Assembly (NCBI RefSeq): GCF_032191835.1
Contig: NC_083236.1
Span: 71,176,001-71,240,000, forward strand
From: Heteronotia binoei
Taxonomy: Eukaryota
DNA length: 64,000 nt
Direction: 5' to 3'
Numbering within the stretch: the first letter of the stretch is position 1; each line of letters opens with the position of its first letter. The translations under genes were made by a program, and so were the position numbers. This document shows positions 1 through 16,645 of this stretch, in pieces. The notes under the pieces were generated by a model. That model searched no databases. It was not told the origin of the DNA and saw nothing but the letters and a program-made list of their open reading frames with translations.

Positions 1-12
1 GAGCATCTGGGT

Positions 13-1143
13 ATGGTCATAGACACGAACCGGAACGCCCTCTTCCTACCAGAGGACAAGGTGCTGAGAACCAAGACTATGGTAAATCAGGTGATCAAGG
101 AAAGTTCATCATCCCTCCAGTCCCTGGCAAGACTCATGGGGCTGTTGGTCTCGAATCTCGAGGCGGTCCAGTGGGGACGATTCCATACCAGGTCATTGCA
201 GATGTTTTTACGACCTTACCAGCTCCAGATTATGGAAAAGCGTACCCTGTCTCTGACAGTACCTCTAGAAGTGAAGAAGAGTCTAAGATGGTGGACAATA
301 GATACCAACCTACGGCAAGGGAAGATCTTCTGGGTGGAGAAGGAGATGCAGATCTTCTCAGACGCCAGCCTTTCAGGTTGGGGGGCGACCCTCGACGAGA
401 AGCCCACGCAGGGTCAGTGGTCCACCAGGGAAGCAAAGCTCCCGATCAACCTATTGGAGCTCCGGGCCATTCGATTAGCACTACTCCACTTCCAGGACCA
501 GATCATCGGTCAACATGTCTTAATCCGGACAGACAACATAGCGGCCAAAGCATATTTGAACAACCAAGGGGGATCCAGGTCCTCAGCTCTGTACAAGGAG
601 GCCGTGAAGTTGTTCAGCTGGGCGGAAGACCATGTGAAATCAATCAGAGCAGAGCACATTCAGGGAATCTGCAACATCAAGGCGGACTGGCTCAGCAGAG
701 AGAGCATTCAATCCGGGGAGTGGTCGCTCAACAAATTGTTGTTTCAGAAAATAGTGGATCACTTCGGTCTACCGATCCTGGACCTCTTTGCATCAGGTCA
801 AAATCACCAACTTCCAAGATTCTTCACAAGATTCTTCCACAGCCAGGCAGAGTCCACAGACGCTCTAACATCCCCGTGGCCTCAAGGTCTTCTCTACGCC
901 TTTCCTCCGATACCTGTCATTCCAAAACTGCTCAGAAGAGTCAAGCTTCTGAGAGCCGAGATTTTGCTGGTTGCTCCCTGGTGGCCGCGACGTCCGTGGT
1001 TCTCCTCAATTCACCAGATGTCGACAACAGAACCACTCCACCTGCCTGTGTGGCCAGACGCGCTATTACAGGGACCGGTGTGGCACCCACATCCCGACTG
1101 GCTGCGATTGACCGCGTGGAGGTTGAGAGGAGATCGTTGCTAA
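13..1143 (+). CDS. DIRS1 pol ORF, C-terminal part: RT thumb, RNase H and DNA N6-adenine methyltransferase-like domain
   Basis: RNase H motifs FSDASLSGWGA, INLLELRAI, IRTDN, HIQG..N..ADWLSR; then DLFAS...YAFPP (MT-like domain typical of DIRS1). The frame is open from the window edge. Confidence 0.9.
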   Translation: MVIDTNRNALFLPEDKVLRTKTMVNQVIKESSSSLQSLARLMGLLVSNLEAVQWGRFHTRSLQMFLRPYQLQIMEKRTLSLTVPLEVKKSLRWWTIDTNLRQGKIFWVEKEMQIFSDASLSGWGATLDEKPTQGQWSTREAKLPINLLELRAIRLALLHFQDQIIGQHVLIRTDNIAAKAYLNNQGGSRSSALYKEAVKLFSWAEDHVKSIRAEHIQGICNIKADWLSRESIQSGEWSLNKLLFQKIVDHFGLPILDLFASGQNHQLPRFFTRFFHSQAESTDALTSPWPQGLLYAFPPIPVIPKLLRRVKLLRAEILLVAPWWPRRPWFSSIHQMSTTEPLHLPVWPDALLQGPVWHPHPDWLRLTAWRLRGDRC

Positions 1144-2168
1144 ATCTGGGATATTCAACAGAGGTAGCTAGCACTATCTTAGCATCCAGAAAAGACTCCA
1201 CCACACGTATATATAACGCCTCATGGAAAGCCTTCCACAGATGGTGTCGGAGAAAGGGGGTGGACCCTTTACAGCCTTCTATTCCGAAGATCTTGCAATT
1301 CCTCCAGGATGGCTTACGCACAGGTCTTAAACCGGCCACCCTTAGACGTCAGCTGGCAGCACTTTCATCAGTACTTCACCAGGTGGAGGGGTACAAGTTG
1401 TCAGCTCACCCTCATATTCGCCGTTTCCTAAGAGGAGCCTCACTAACATCTCCTCCTCAATCTCATCGTTTTCCTACGTGGCGACTAAATCCAGTGCTGT
1501 CAGCCTTAACCAACCCCCCATTCGAGCCTTTAATGTCGGTTCCTTTGAGGATGCTGCGTATGAAGGTCATCTTTCTGGTGGCAATAACATCGGCCAGAAG
1601 AGTTTCCGAACTCGGGGCTCTATCCGTCAAGCGGGAACTATGTGTATTTCACAAAGATAAGGTGGTCCTCTACACAGACCCCACCTTCCAGCCGAAGGTT
1701 TCCTCTAAATTTCATAAAAGCCAGGAAATCAACTTACCATCGTTTTGCCCGAATCCCAAACATCACAAGGAGAAGGTATGGCATACACTGGATGTGCGTA
1801 GAGCACTAAAGGTCTATCTGGCCAGAACTGAACAGATTCTCCAGTCAGAGTCCATGTTCATCAATATAACATCGCCCAGACTGGGCCAGAAAATGTCCAA
1901 AGCGGCAATAAGTTATGCCATCAAACAATGCATAGCAGAGGCTTATAAAGCGTTGCATCTCAAAGTGCCCGAGGGGATTACCGCTCATTCAACAAGAAGT
2001 GCAGCAACCAACGCCGCACTTGAGAAGAACGCTTCGGTCGAAGAAGTTTGCAAAGCAGCCACGTGGTCATCTGTCTCCACATTTGTCAGACATTACAAGA
2101 TCAACACTTATGCCTCTGCGGACGCAGCCTTTGGCAGACGGATATTGCAGCACGTGCTGCCCGATTAG
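171..2168 (+). CDS. DIRS1 tyrosine recombinase ORF (recognisable homology from about 1130)
   Basis: Core-binding region (STTRIYNASWKAFHRWC), catalytic R (SARRVSEL), HxxR (AHSTRS), W (KAATW) and Y (FVRHY); uninterrupted. Confidence 0.9.
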   Translation: MGTIPYQVIADVFTTLPAPDYGKAYPVSDSTSRSEEESKMVDNRYQPTAREDLLGGEGDADLLRRQPFRLGGDPRREAHAGSVVHQGSKAPDQPIGAPGHSISTTPLPGPDHRSTCLNPDRQHSGQSIFEQPRGIQVLSSVQGGREVVQLGGRPCEINQSRAHSGNLQHQGGLAQQREHSIRGVVAQQIVVSENSGSLRSTDPGPLCIRSKSPTSKILHKILPQPGRVHRRSNIPVASRSSLRLSSDTCHSKTAQKSQASESRDFAGCSLVAATSVVLLNSPDVDNRTTPPACVARRAITGTGVAPTSRLAAIDRVEVERRSLLNLGYSTEVASTILASRKDSTTRIYNASWKAFHRWCRRKGVDPLQPSIPKILQFLQDGLRTGLKPATLRRQLAALSSVLHQVEGYKLSAHPHIRRFLRGASLTSPPQSHRFPTWRLNPVLSALTNPPFEPLMSVPLRMLRMKVIFLVAITSARRVSELGALSVKRELCVFHKDKVVLYTDPTFQPKVSSKFHKSQEINLPSFCPNPKHHKEKVWHTLDVRRALKVYLARTEQILQSESMFINITSPRLGQKMSKAAISYAIKQCIAEAYKALHLKVPEGITAHSTRSAATNAALEKNASVEEVCKAATWSSVSTFVRHYKINTYASADAAFGRRILQHVLPD

Positions 2169-2649
2169 GGCGATCCCTCCCTGACTAACACTGCTCTGGG
2201 AGCACCCAAGATGTCCTCCGCCTCTTAGGGAGAACGACCCTTGGCACTTACCGTGAGGGGTCCTTCTCCTAAGAGGATAGGAGGACATCTTGCCCTCCCG
2301 TCTATCGCCCTATCTGTGGATTGTTATATCTCTCTTTTCCTTCTGGCTAGCACCAAATTTCCAATGTTTATTAGGTCAAGTACTACGACCTGTCTTTTTC
2401 TCTTTATACCAGTTGTTTTTTCACAGCAATATCCTTTGGATTAAAGTTGCAGTTTTGAGGTTTATATATAGGTTAAGTTATTCATACTGCTGCTCGGAGT
2501 CACCCGAACTGAGCAAGAGGGTGGTTCCCACAGCAACAGGAAGAGGAAGATTTTTGATCCTGCCTCCCTGATTGGACGGTGGGAAACACCCCAAGATGTC
2601 CTCCTATCCTCTTAGGAGAAGGACCCCTCACGGTAAGTGCCAAGGGTCG

Positions 2650-3390
2650 ATCTTGGGGTCGTGGTAGATAACTCACTGAAAATGTCAAGACAGTGTGCGA
2701 TTGCAATAAAAAAGGCCAACGCCATGCTGGGAATTATTAGGAAGGGAATTGAAAACAAATCAGCCAGTATGATAATGCCCCTGTATAAATCGATGTTGCG
2801 GTCTCATTTGGAATACTGTGTGCAATTCTGGTCACCACACCTCAAAAAGGATATTATAGCATTGGAGAAAGTCCAGAAAAGGGCAACTAGAATGATTAAA
2901 GGTTTGGAACACTTTCCCTATGAAGAAAGGTTAAAACGCTTGGGGCTCTTTAGCTTGGAGAAATGTCGACTGCGGGGTGACACAATAGAGGTTTACAAGA
3001 TTATGCATGTGATGGAGAAGGTAGAGAAAGAAGTCCTTTTCTCCCTTTCTCACAATACAAGAACTTGTGGGCATTCGATGAAATTGCTAAGCAGTCAGGT
3101 TAGAACGGATAAAAGGAGGTACTTCTTCACCCAAAGGGTGATTAACGTGTGGAATTCACTGCCACAGGAGGTGGTAGTAGCTGCAAACATAGCCAAATTC
3201 AAGAGGGGGTTAGATAAAAATATGGAGCAGAGGTCCATCAGTGGCTATTAGCCACAGTGTGTATATATATGTGTGTTTTTGTGTGTGTATATATATATAT
3301 ATATAAATTTTGGCCCCTGTGTGACACAGAGTGTTGGACTGGATGGGCCATTGGCCTGATCCAATATGGCTTCTCTTTTGTTCTTATTAA
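2650..3390 (+). mobile_element. CR1 LINE 3' fragment, family A (ORF2 C-terminus plus 3' UTR)
   Basis: ORF 2637-3251 with [33 protein letters not shown]; ends in the stem-loop and ttcttat tail. Confidence 0.92.
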
Positions 3391-3534
3391 GATTTGATTG
3401 GCTGCTTAGGTTTATAAATCTAGCTGCCCCCGCAACACTAGGATCTTGAGTGTATGACTGCAGCAAAGCTGTGGTGGCCATTTTGTGGCTGGCTCTGCCT
3501 CCTGGAGCAGCCATTTTGTGGCTGTCCTTCCTAG

Positions 3535-10141
<6,607 letters not shown>

Positions 10142-10292
10142 GGAGGAGAGTGGGGAGGCTAGGAGCCCTTCTGGTCACCACCTTGGCCCCCGACTCGGCC
10201 AAGGGCTGCAGGCTGAGGCTCCCGTGGGGAGGGGGAGGGCTGGCGGCCCTGGGTTGAAGAGGGCAACGGAGAGGCTGCTTCTGGGGTGCAGC

Positions 10293-10298
10293 AATAAA
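10293..10298 (+). terminator. Probable TANGO6 polyadenylation signal AATAAA
   Basis: First AATAAA about 150 nt after the stop codon. Confidence 0.6.
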
Positions 10299-10599
10299 GG
10301 TGGAAAACTTCTTTGTGGCCTCCCTGTGTCTCTGGCTGTCCCGGTGGGGGCAGGAAGCCCTCCTGGCTGGGGCGGGAGGCAGTGCGGCCCAGTGGGTGGA
10401 GGCGTGTGGCCGGGCCATGGTGCTTGGAGGCCTGGCTGGCTGGCCGGCTTCTGGGGCTTCTCTTTGCCCCACCAGAAGGAGCTGGGAGGGGTCTTCTTGG
10501 GCTGTGGCTCTCTGGGGTGGGGGCTTCTGGCTCAGAGCCTCCCTGGGGGTGGGGGGGAGAGAGGCAGGAGGCAGGCCTCTGTCTGAGGCCAGGAGCCGC

Positions 10600-13120
10600 T
10601 CGGAGGCCCCTCCGGCAAGAGCTTTGGGGGTGGGGGGGCTGGGCACCAGCGGCGCTCCCCCCTCTCCCCTCCCGTTGCAGCCGCTGGAAGGAAGAGCGTG
10701 CTGGGGCTGCTTCCCTGCCTGCCTTCCCCGGCTGCGCTGCGCCTCGGAGGGGGGGGGGGCGCATTGTCTTGGGCTGGCGGGGCCGGGCTGCGGCCTCCTC
10801 CTCCTCCTCCCCTGCCGCGGCCGTGCATGGCAAGCGCTGCCTGGCCTGCGACGCGGCCCTAAGCAGCCCGCAAGCCTCGCCGGGGCCCGGCCCCCGCCGC
10901 CCAAGGTAAGCCCCGCACAAGGGCCGGCCGCCTGCCCACCCCGCCCCGACGGCAGCCGCCCGGGGACAAGGGGGGGGGGCTCAGCCGGCCCGGGGGGGGG
11001 GGGAGGCGGGTCACGGCGGCCCAGACTGGCTGGCCGCTTCCTCCGCAGGGGGGGGGGGATCCCGAGGAAGTGTCTGCTCTGGAGGCGGCACTGGGGGGGG
11101 CGACACACACAGGCTCTGCTCCGCCGGAGCTGGGCGGGGGGGGGGGGGTTGGGGGGCCAGGGCTGCTTTTCTCCCTTGAGACACCGACTCGCCGCCTCCT
11201 GCCTGCCACTGAAGCCCGACGGCCTCTCCGGGGGGAGAAAGGGAGGCTCCGGGCGATCTGGGGCCCCCGCAGCCCCTCCCGGCCTCCTTCCCCGCCGGTC
11301 CGGTTCCGCGCAGAGCGCTCCAAGAGGCCCCCGACGTGGCGTCCCGCGCCCGGCCCGCTGCCCCCTGGTCTGGGGCTCCGGCCTTGGCCTCTGGGGCGAC
11401 GTCCCTTTGAAGGAGGGGGAGGGGCGGCCTGGGCATTCGTGCAGGCAGCACCCGGGGGCGGGGGGGGGGGTCAGGCGGAGAGAGGGGGGCCAAAGGGGCC
11501 GCCGGGCCACCCGCCCCGATCTGCTGGGAAGAGGGAGGAGGGGCGGGATCCCAGGCCAGGAGCGCCTTCCAGACCAAGGGGGGGGCGGGTGGGTGGGAAT
11601 TCAAGGGAGCCGCCTGGCCTCAGGCCCCAGAACTCTGGCGCTCCGGGACTCGAACCCAGCTCTCCTGCGGCAGGCCCCTGACACTTGACGCCCAGCCGGA
11701 CTGGAGCAGCAGCGCCCGCAACAAGCCGGCGCTCCCGGGCACAGGCGGCCTCCTTGGGCAGGGCCACGAAGCGCAGCAAACACCCAGTCCCCCCAAGGCC
11801 GTCGAACTTGAGTCGGGGGCATGAGAAGGAGACGGCCGGCCGGCCGGGCCAGTGGCTGCCCGCTCCCCATGGAGCCGCCTCGGGTGTGCAGCGGAGCTGG
11901 GGCGGAGGGAGGCGGCGGGGCACCAGAGCCCCGTGCGCGCCTGTGGCGGCGGCCCTTCCCTTCCCTTCCCTTCCCTCGCTCCCTCCTCCCGCTCTGGCCC
12001 GCCCCGGGCTGCTGCTGCTGCCGCTGCTGAGACTCGCCGGCGCAGAGAGGAGCCGGCCGGCGGCCGTTCATCTTTTATTCAGCCGCTGCCGGCATGGAAA
12101 ATCCGCGCCGGGGAACTTGAGCGCCCGGCCCCCCCCCCCGCCCCGCCCCGCCAGGCTCCTGGCCTCGCCCAAGGGGAGCCCCCCCCCCCCCCCGCTACCC
12201 GCGGTCCTTACCTGCCGGCCGCCGCGCGCTCAGGTGCTGGGGGGCGGGTCCCCGGCCTGTGCGCCCCTGGCCTGCTGGCTCCTCCCCTCGTGGCGGGGGG
12301 CTCCCCTCCCTCCCCTCCCCGTCGGGGCTGGGCTGGGCTGGGGCCTTAAAAGCGCCGCGGCGTCCAGCGGAGCCAGCCAGCCAGCCAGCGGGACGGCGCG
12401 GCGCGGGGAGTGCGAGCTGCGGGGCGGCGGCGGCGGCGGCGTCGAGGGGGTGTCTCCGTGGGCTGCTTCTCGTTCTCGTTGCAGATGCCCGGCGGGGGGC
12501 GCGTGGCGGCGGGGCTGCGGGCGGCGGGGACGAGCCTCTTCGCGGGGGCGGTGCTGGGCGGGCTGGCGGCGGCCTACGTGACGGGCTACCAGTTCATCCA
12601 CACGGAGCAGCACTACCTGTCCTTCGGGCTGTACGGCGCGGCGCTGGGCCTGCACCTGGGCCTCCAGAGCCTCTTCGCCTGCCTCGAGCACCGCCGCATG
12701 CGCCGCCCGCCGCCCCCCGCCCGCCCCCGCCGCCGCCGCCCCTCGGTGGCCCTGTGCATCGCCGCCTTCCAGGAGGACCCCCACTACCTGCGCCAGTGCC
12801 TGCGCTCCGTGCGCCGCCTCGCCTGCCCGGGCCTCCGCGTGCTGCTGGTGGTGGACGGCAACGGGCCCGGCGACGCCTACATGCGCGACATCTTCCACGA
12901 GGTGCTCGCCCCCGACGCCGACGCCTCCTACCTGTGGGCCGGCAACTTCCACGCGCCCGCCCCGGGCCACGAGGAGGCCGCCCGCGCCGTGCGCCACGTC
13001 CATGCCCTGGTGCGCCGCCAGCCCTACGCCTGCATCCTGCAGCGCTGGGGCGGCAAGCGCGAGGTCATGTACACCGCCTTCCGCGCCCTCGGGGACTCCG
13101 TCGACTACGTGCAGGTCAGT
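10600..13120. promoter_or_regulatory. CpG island / HAS3 promoter region
   Basis: Extremely GC- and CpG-rich, multiple GC boxes, TATA-like ttaaaa at 12346-12351, extends over the first coding exon. Confidence 0.75.
12485..13114 (+). CDS. HAS3: HAS3 coding exon 1
   Basis: gcag|ATG...CAG|gtcagt; 630 nt. Confidence 0.95.
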
Positions 13121-15983
13121 GGCCGCCCGACGGGGTCCCTGCAGCCCTCGGGCTCTGGGGCGCACCTGCCGCCCGCTGGGAGTCTTCAGCCTGGGGGTGT
13201 GGAGATGCTGCCCCGGGGCTGTGCGGTGGGAGGGGGCCTCGCCCTGGCTTGCTGGGCCCAGGGGAATCCCGGCTCCCTGCTGGACTCACTCCCCGCCATG
13301 GGCTGCCTGGGGCTGATTCCCAGGAGGGAGTCCTTCTTCTTGGGGGGGCAGGGCAGGGCAGGCAGCCTCTCCTTCACCTGTGGGCAGCACAGGTGTCCGA
13401 TGGGGAAGGGACCTCCGGCTCTTGTCCCCGCATTGTCTGGACTTGTTCCCTCAGGAGGGAGGGACACCACTGGCGCGAGCTGAGACGGTGTCTCCCTCCC
13501 CGTGTCCCCGGCAGGTGTGTGACTCTGACACGGTCCTGGACCCGGCCTGCACGATGGAGATGCTGAGCATCCTGGAGGAGGACCCCCACGTGGGCGGAGT
13601 CGGTGGAGACGTGCAGGTGAGGCTGGAGAAAGGTGCCGCTGAGGTCTGCAGGAGCAGCTCTTGGGCATCGGAAGGGCTGAGAGGGGAATGGAGAGGGGAT
13701 ATGGAATCCTAGAATCATTGCGTGGGAAGGGACCTCTAGGGTCATCTAGTCCAACCTCTTGCACAATGCAGGAAACCCAGAAATACCTCCCCCTAAATTG
13801 ACAGCATCCTCATTGCTGTCAGGTGGCCATCTAGCCTCTGTTGAAAAACCTCCAAGGAAGGAGAGCCCCCCACCTCCCCAGGAGGAAGCCTGTTAGAATC
13901 ATAGAGGGAAGGGACCTCCAGGGTCATCTAGTGCAACCCCCTGCACAATGCAGGAAACCCACAAGTACCTACCCAAAATTCACAGGATCCTCATTGTTGT
14001 CAGATAGCCATCTAGCCTCTGTTGAAAAACCTCCAAGGAAGGAGAGCCCACCACCTCCTGGATATTTATATTTTATTATTAACTGACAAGTAACCAACAA
14101 TAATGAATACAGACAAACAGAAAATACAAATTTTAACAAAATGGAGATAGGGGATACGGTAAAACTCCCTGTAAACCTTTTTACATACAACTTCACAATC
14201 TTAAGTAAATATAAACCTTAATATCAGAAAATAAATTGCTACCTCTCCCTTAGCGTATATATATCATCTCCTATTTTGGCAACCTTCTTTTATCTCTCTC
14301 AATTTTAGCAACTCAACCCTTTGTTAACCACTCAGAAAATAAATTCCAATATTCATCAACATACTTTTTAGGTTTAGTTCTTAAGCCTGTTCCACGGTCA
14401 GGAAGTTCTTCCAAATGTTGAGCCAGAAACTCTTTTGAGTTAATTTCAACCCATTGGTTCTGGTCCGACCTTCTGGGGCCACAGAAAACCATTCCACACC
14501 ATCCTCTATGTGATCCCCATCTTCAAGTCCTTGAAGGGCTGCTATCCCACAGAGGATGGGGCAGAGTTGTTTTCTGTGGCCCCAGAAGGCAGGATCAGAA
14601 CCAACAGGTTGAAATTACATCAAAAGAGTTTCTGGCTCAACATTAGGAAGAACTTCCTGACAGTTAGAGCGGTTCATCAGAAGAATGGGCTTCCTCGGGA
14701 GGTGGTGGGCTCTCCTTCCTTGGAGCTTTTTGAACAGAGGCTGGATGGCCACCTGACAGCAATGAAGAGCCTGTGAATTTAGGGGGAGGTGTTCGTGAGT
14801 TTAGAGCGGTTCCTCAGTGGAACAGGCTTCCTCCTCGGGAGGTGGTGGGCTCTCCTTCCTCTGAGGTTTTTCAACAGAGGCTAGATGGCCACCTGACAGC
14901 AATGAAGAGCCTGTGAATTTAGGGGGAGGGGTTTGTGAGTTCCCTGCATTGTGCAGGGGCTGGACTAGATGGCCCTAGAGGTCCCTTCCCACTTGGATTC
15001 TCCAACTCTATGGCGCATGCAGAGGCCCTGCTCCAAGCAGCCTCCTCTCCTCCCTGCAGATCCTGAACAAGTACGACTCGTGGATCTCCTTCCTGAGCAG
15101 CGTGCGCTACTGGATGGCCTTCAACGTGGAGCGGGCCTGCCAGTCGTACTTCGGCTGCGTCCAGTGCATCAGCGGCCCCCTGGGCATGTACCGCAACGCC
15201 CTGCTGCAGCACTTCCTGGAGGACTGGTACAACCAGACCTTCTTGGGCAGCAAGTGCAGCTTTGGGGATGACCGGCACCTCACCAACCGGGTCCTGAGCT
15301 TGGGCTACCGGACCAAGTACACGGCCCGCTCCAAGTGCCTGACGGAGACGCCCACCAGCTACCTGCGCTGGCTCAACCAGCAGACCCGCTGGAGCAAGTC
15401 CTACTTCCGGGAGTGGCTCTACAACGCCCTGTGGTTCCACAAGCACCACCTCTGGATGACCTACGAGTCGGTGGTGACCGGCTTCTTCCCCTTCTTCCTC
15501 ATCGCCACGGTCGTCCAGCTCTTCTACCGCGGGCGGGTGTGGAACATCCTCCTCTTCCTACTGACCGTCCAGCTGGTGGGCATCCTCAAGGCCACCTACG
15601 CCTGCTTCCTGCGCGGCAACGCCGAGATGATCTTCATGTCGCTCTACTCCCTGCTGTACATGTCCAGCCTGCTGCCCGCCAAGATGTTCGCCATTGCCAC
15701 CATCACCAAGGCCGGCTGGGGCACCTCCGGGCGCAAGACCATCGTGGTCAACTTCATCGGCCTCATCCCGGTCTCCATCTGGGTGGCCGTGCTGCTGGGC
15801 GGGCTGGCCTACACCGCCTACTGCCAGGACCTCTTTACCGACACGGAGCTGGCCTTCCTTATCTCAGGAGCCATCCTGTATGCCTGCTACTGGGTGGCGC
15901 TGCTCACCCTCTACCTGGCGGTCGTGGCCCGGCGCTGCAGCAAGCCCCAGGAGCAGTACAGCTTGGCCTTCATGGAGGTGTGA
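12485..15983 (+). CDS. HAS3: Hyaluronan synthase 3, 551 aa: join(12485..13114,13515..13616,15060..15983)
   Basis: [43 protein letters not shown] (QxxRW) and C-terminal [10 protein letters not shown]; GT-AG phase-0 introns. Confidence 0.97.
13515..13616 (+). CDS. HAS3: HAS3 coding exon 2
   Basis: [17 protein letters not shown]...GGVGGDVQ; 102 nt. Confidence 0.96.
13707..14060 (-). mobile_element. Two tandem CR1 family B 3' ends
   Basis: Duplicated tagaatca...gaagggacctc.agggtcatctagt.caacc units. Confidence 0.8.
14395..15010 (+). mobile_element. CR1 family B 3' fragment with internal duplication (preceded by an AT-rich LINE-like remnant at about 14070-14395)
   Basis: [15 protein letters not shown]...[14 protein letters not shown]; 3' UTR repeated twice. 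Confidence 0.82.
15060..15983 (+). CDS. HAS3: HAS3 coding exon 3
   Basis: cag|ATC CTG AAC AAG...GTG TGA; 924 nt. Confidence 0.97.
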   Translation: MLNKYDSWISFLSSVRYWMAFNVERACQSYFGCVQCISGPLGMYRNALLQHFLEDWYNQTFLGSKCSFGDDRHLTNRVLSLGYRTKYTARSKCLTETPTSYLRWLNQQTRWSKSYFREWLYNALWFHKHHLWMTYESVVTGFFPFFLIATVVQLFYRGRVWNILLFLLTVQLVGILKATYACFLRGNAEMIFMSLYSLLYMSSLLPAKMFAIATITKAGWGTSGRKTIVVNFIGLIPVSIWVAVLLGGLAYTAYCQDLFTDTELAFLISGAILYACYWVALLTLYLAVVARRCSKPQEQYSLAFMEV

Positions 15984-16645
15984 GAGGAGGGAGGGGGGGC
16001 TGCTGGCAGGGCTTCCCTGCCTCGGGGAGGGGCTCCAGGAGGGCTGGTCCTTCCTGCCCCCCCAGGAAGCATGCTGGTGTGCTTGGAAGCCTGAAGGTCA
16101 GAAGGCGGTCTCCGCTTCCTTGCCCCTGTTGGGCAGCTGGCTGGCCAGTGTGTGAAACAGGATGCTGGACCTAACAGACCGTTGGTCTGACCCAGCGGGG
16201 CTCTTCTAACCCTGACTTCTTTCTGGCCTTGCTCCAGAAAAAGGGAACGGAGAAATCAGGCCGGTGCTTGGGAAAACATGGGTCTAGCAGTAGCGATCCC
16301 TCTATGCAAACACCCCAACCCCCAGGCCAACCCCAACCCAGCCAGGGCAAGACGGGGCCACCTCTAGGGGGCGCCAGGAGCCTCCCTCCCTTTCCTAGCA
16401 CAATAACGTCCTTCTGGTGGCCTGTTGAGGCCAGGGCCCTTCTGCCCCTCTCAGCCTCTCTGCCCGGTCCAGGGCCAGCTCAGGGATCTGCTCTCCCCCA
16501 AAATGGCTGTGAGCAACACAGGAAGCCTCTTTCTGCTCACACAACAGGACGAGCTTCAGGGGAAGGGCTGAGCCCTTGTACCTTCTGCTGGTGGTTCAGC
16601 TGCAGGGAAGCAGGCCCAGAGAGGCTGGGGGCACAGAGCAGCAGC

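Larger units (their letters stand above)
1..2649 (+). mobile_element. DIRS1-like tyrosine-recombinase retrotransposon (5' part outside window), in a TANGO6 intron
   Basis: Overlapping RT/RNaseH/methyltransferase-like and tyrosine recombinase ORFs. 2235-2292 is the perfect 58-bp reverse complement of the terminus 2592-2649 (ICR/terminal repeat layout). The right end abuts a CR1 fragment. Confidence 0.93.

Noticed and set aside
171-2168. Phage integrase, prophage or bacterial contamination
   Set aside because: The recombinase overlaps an RT/RNase H ORF and is followed by DIRS-type complementary repeats inside a TANGO6 intron.
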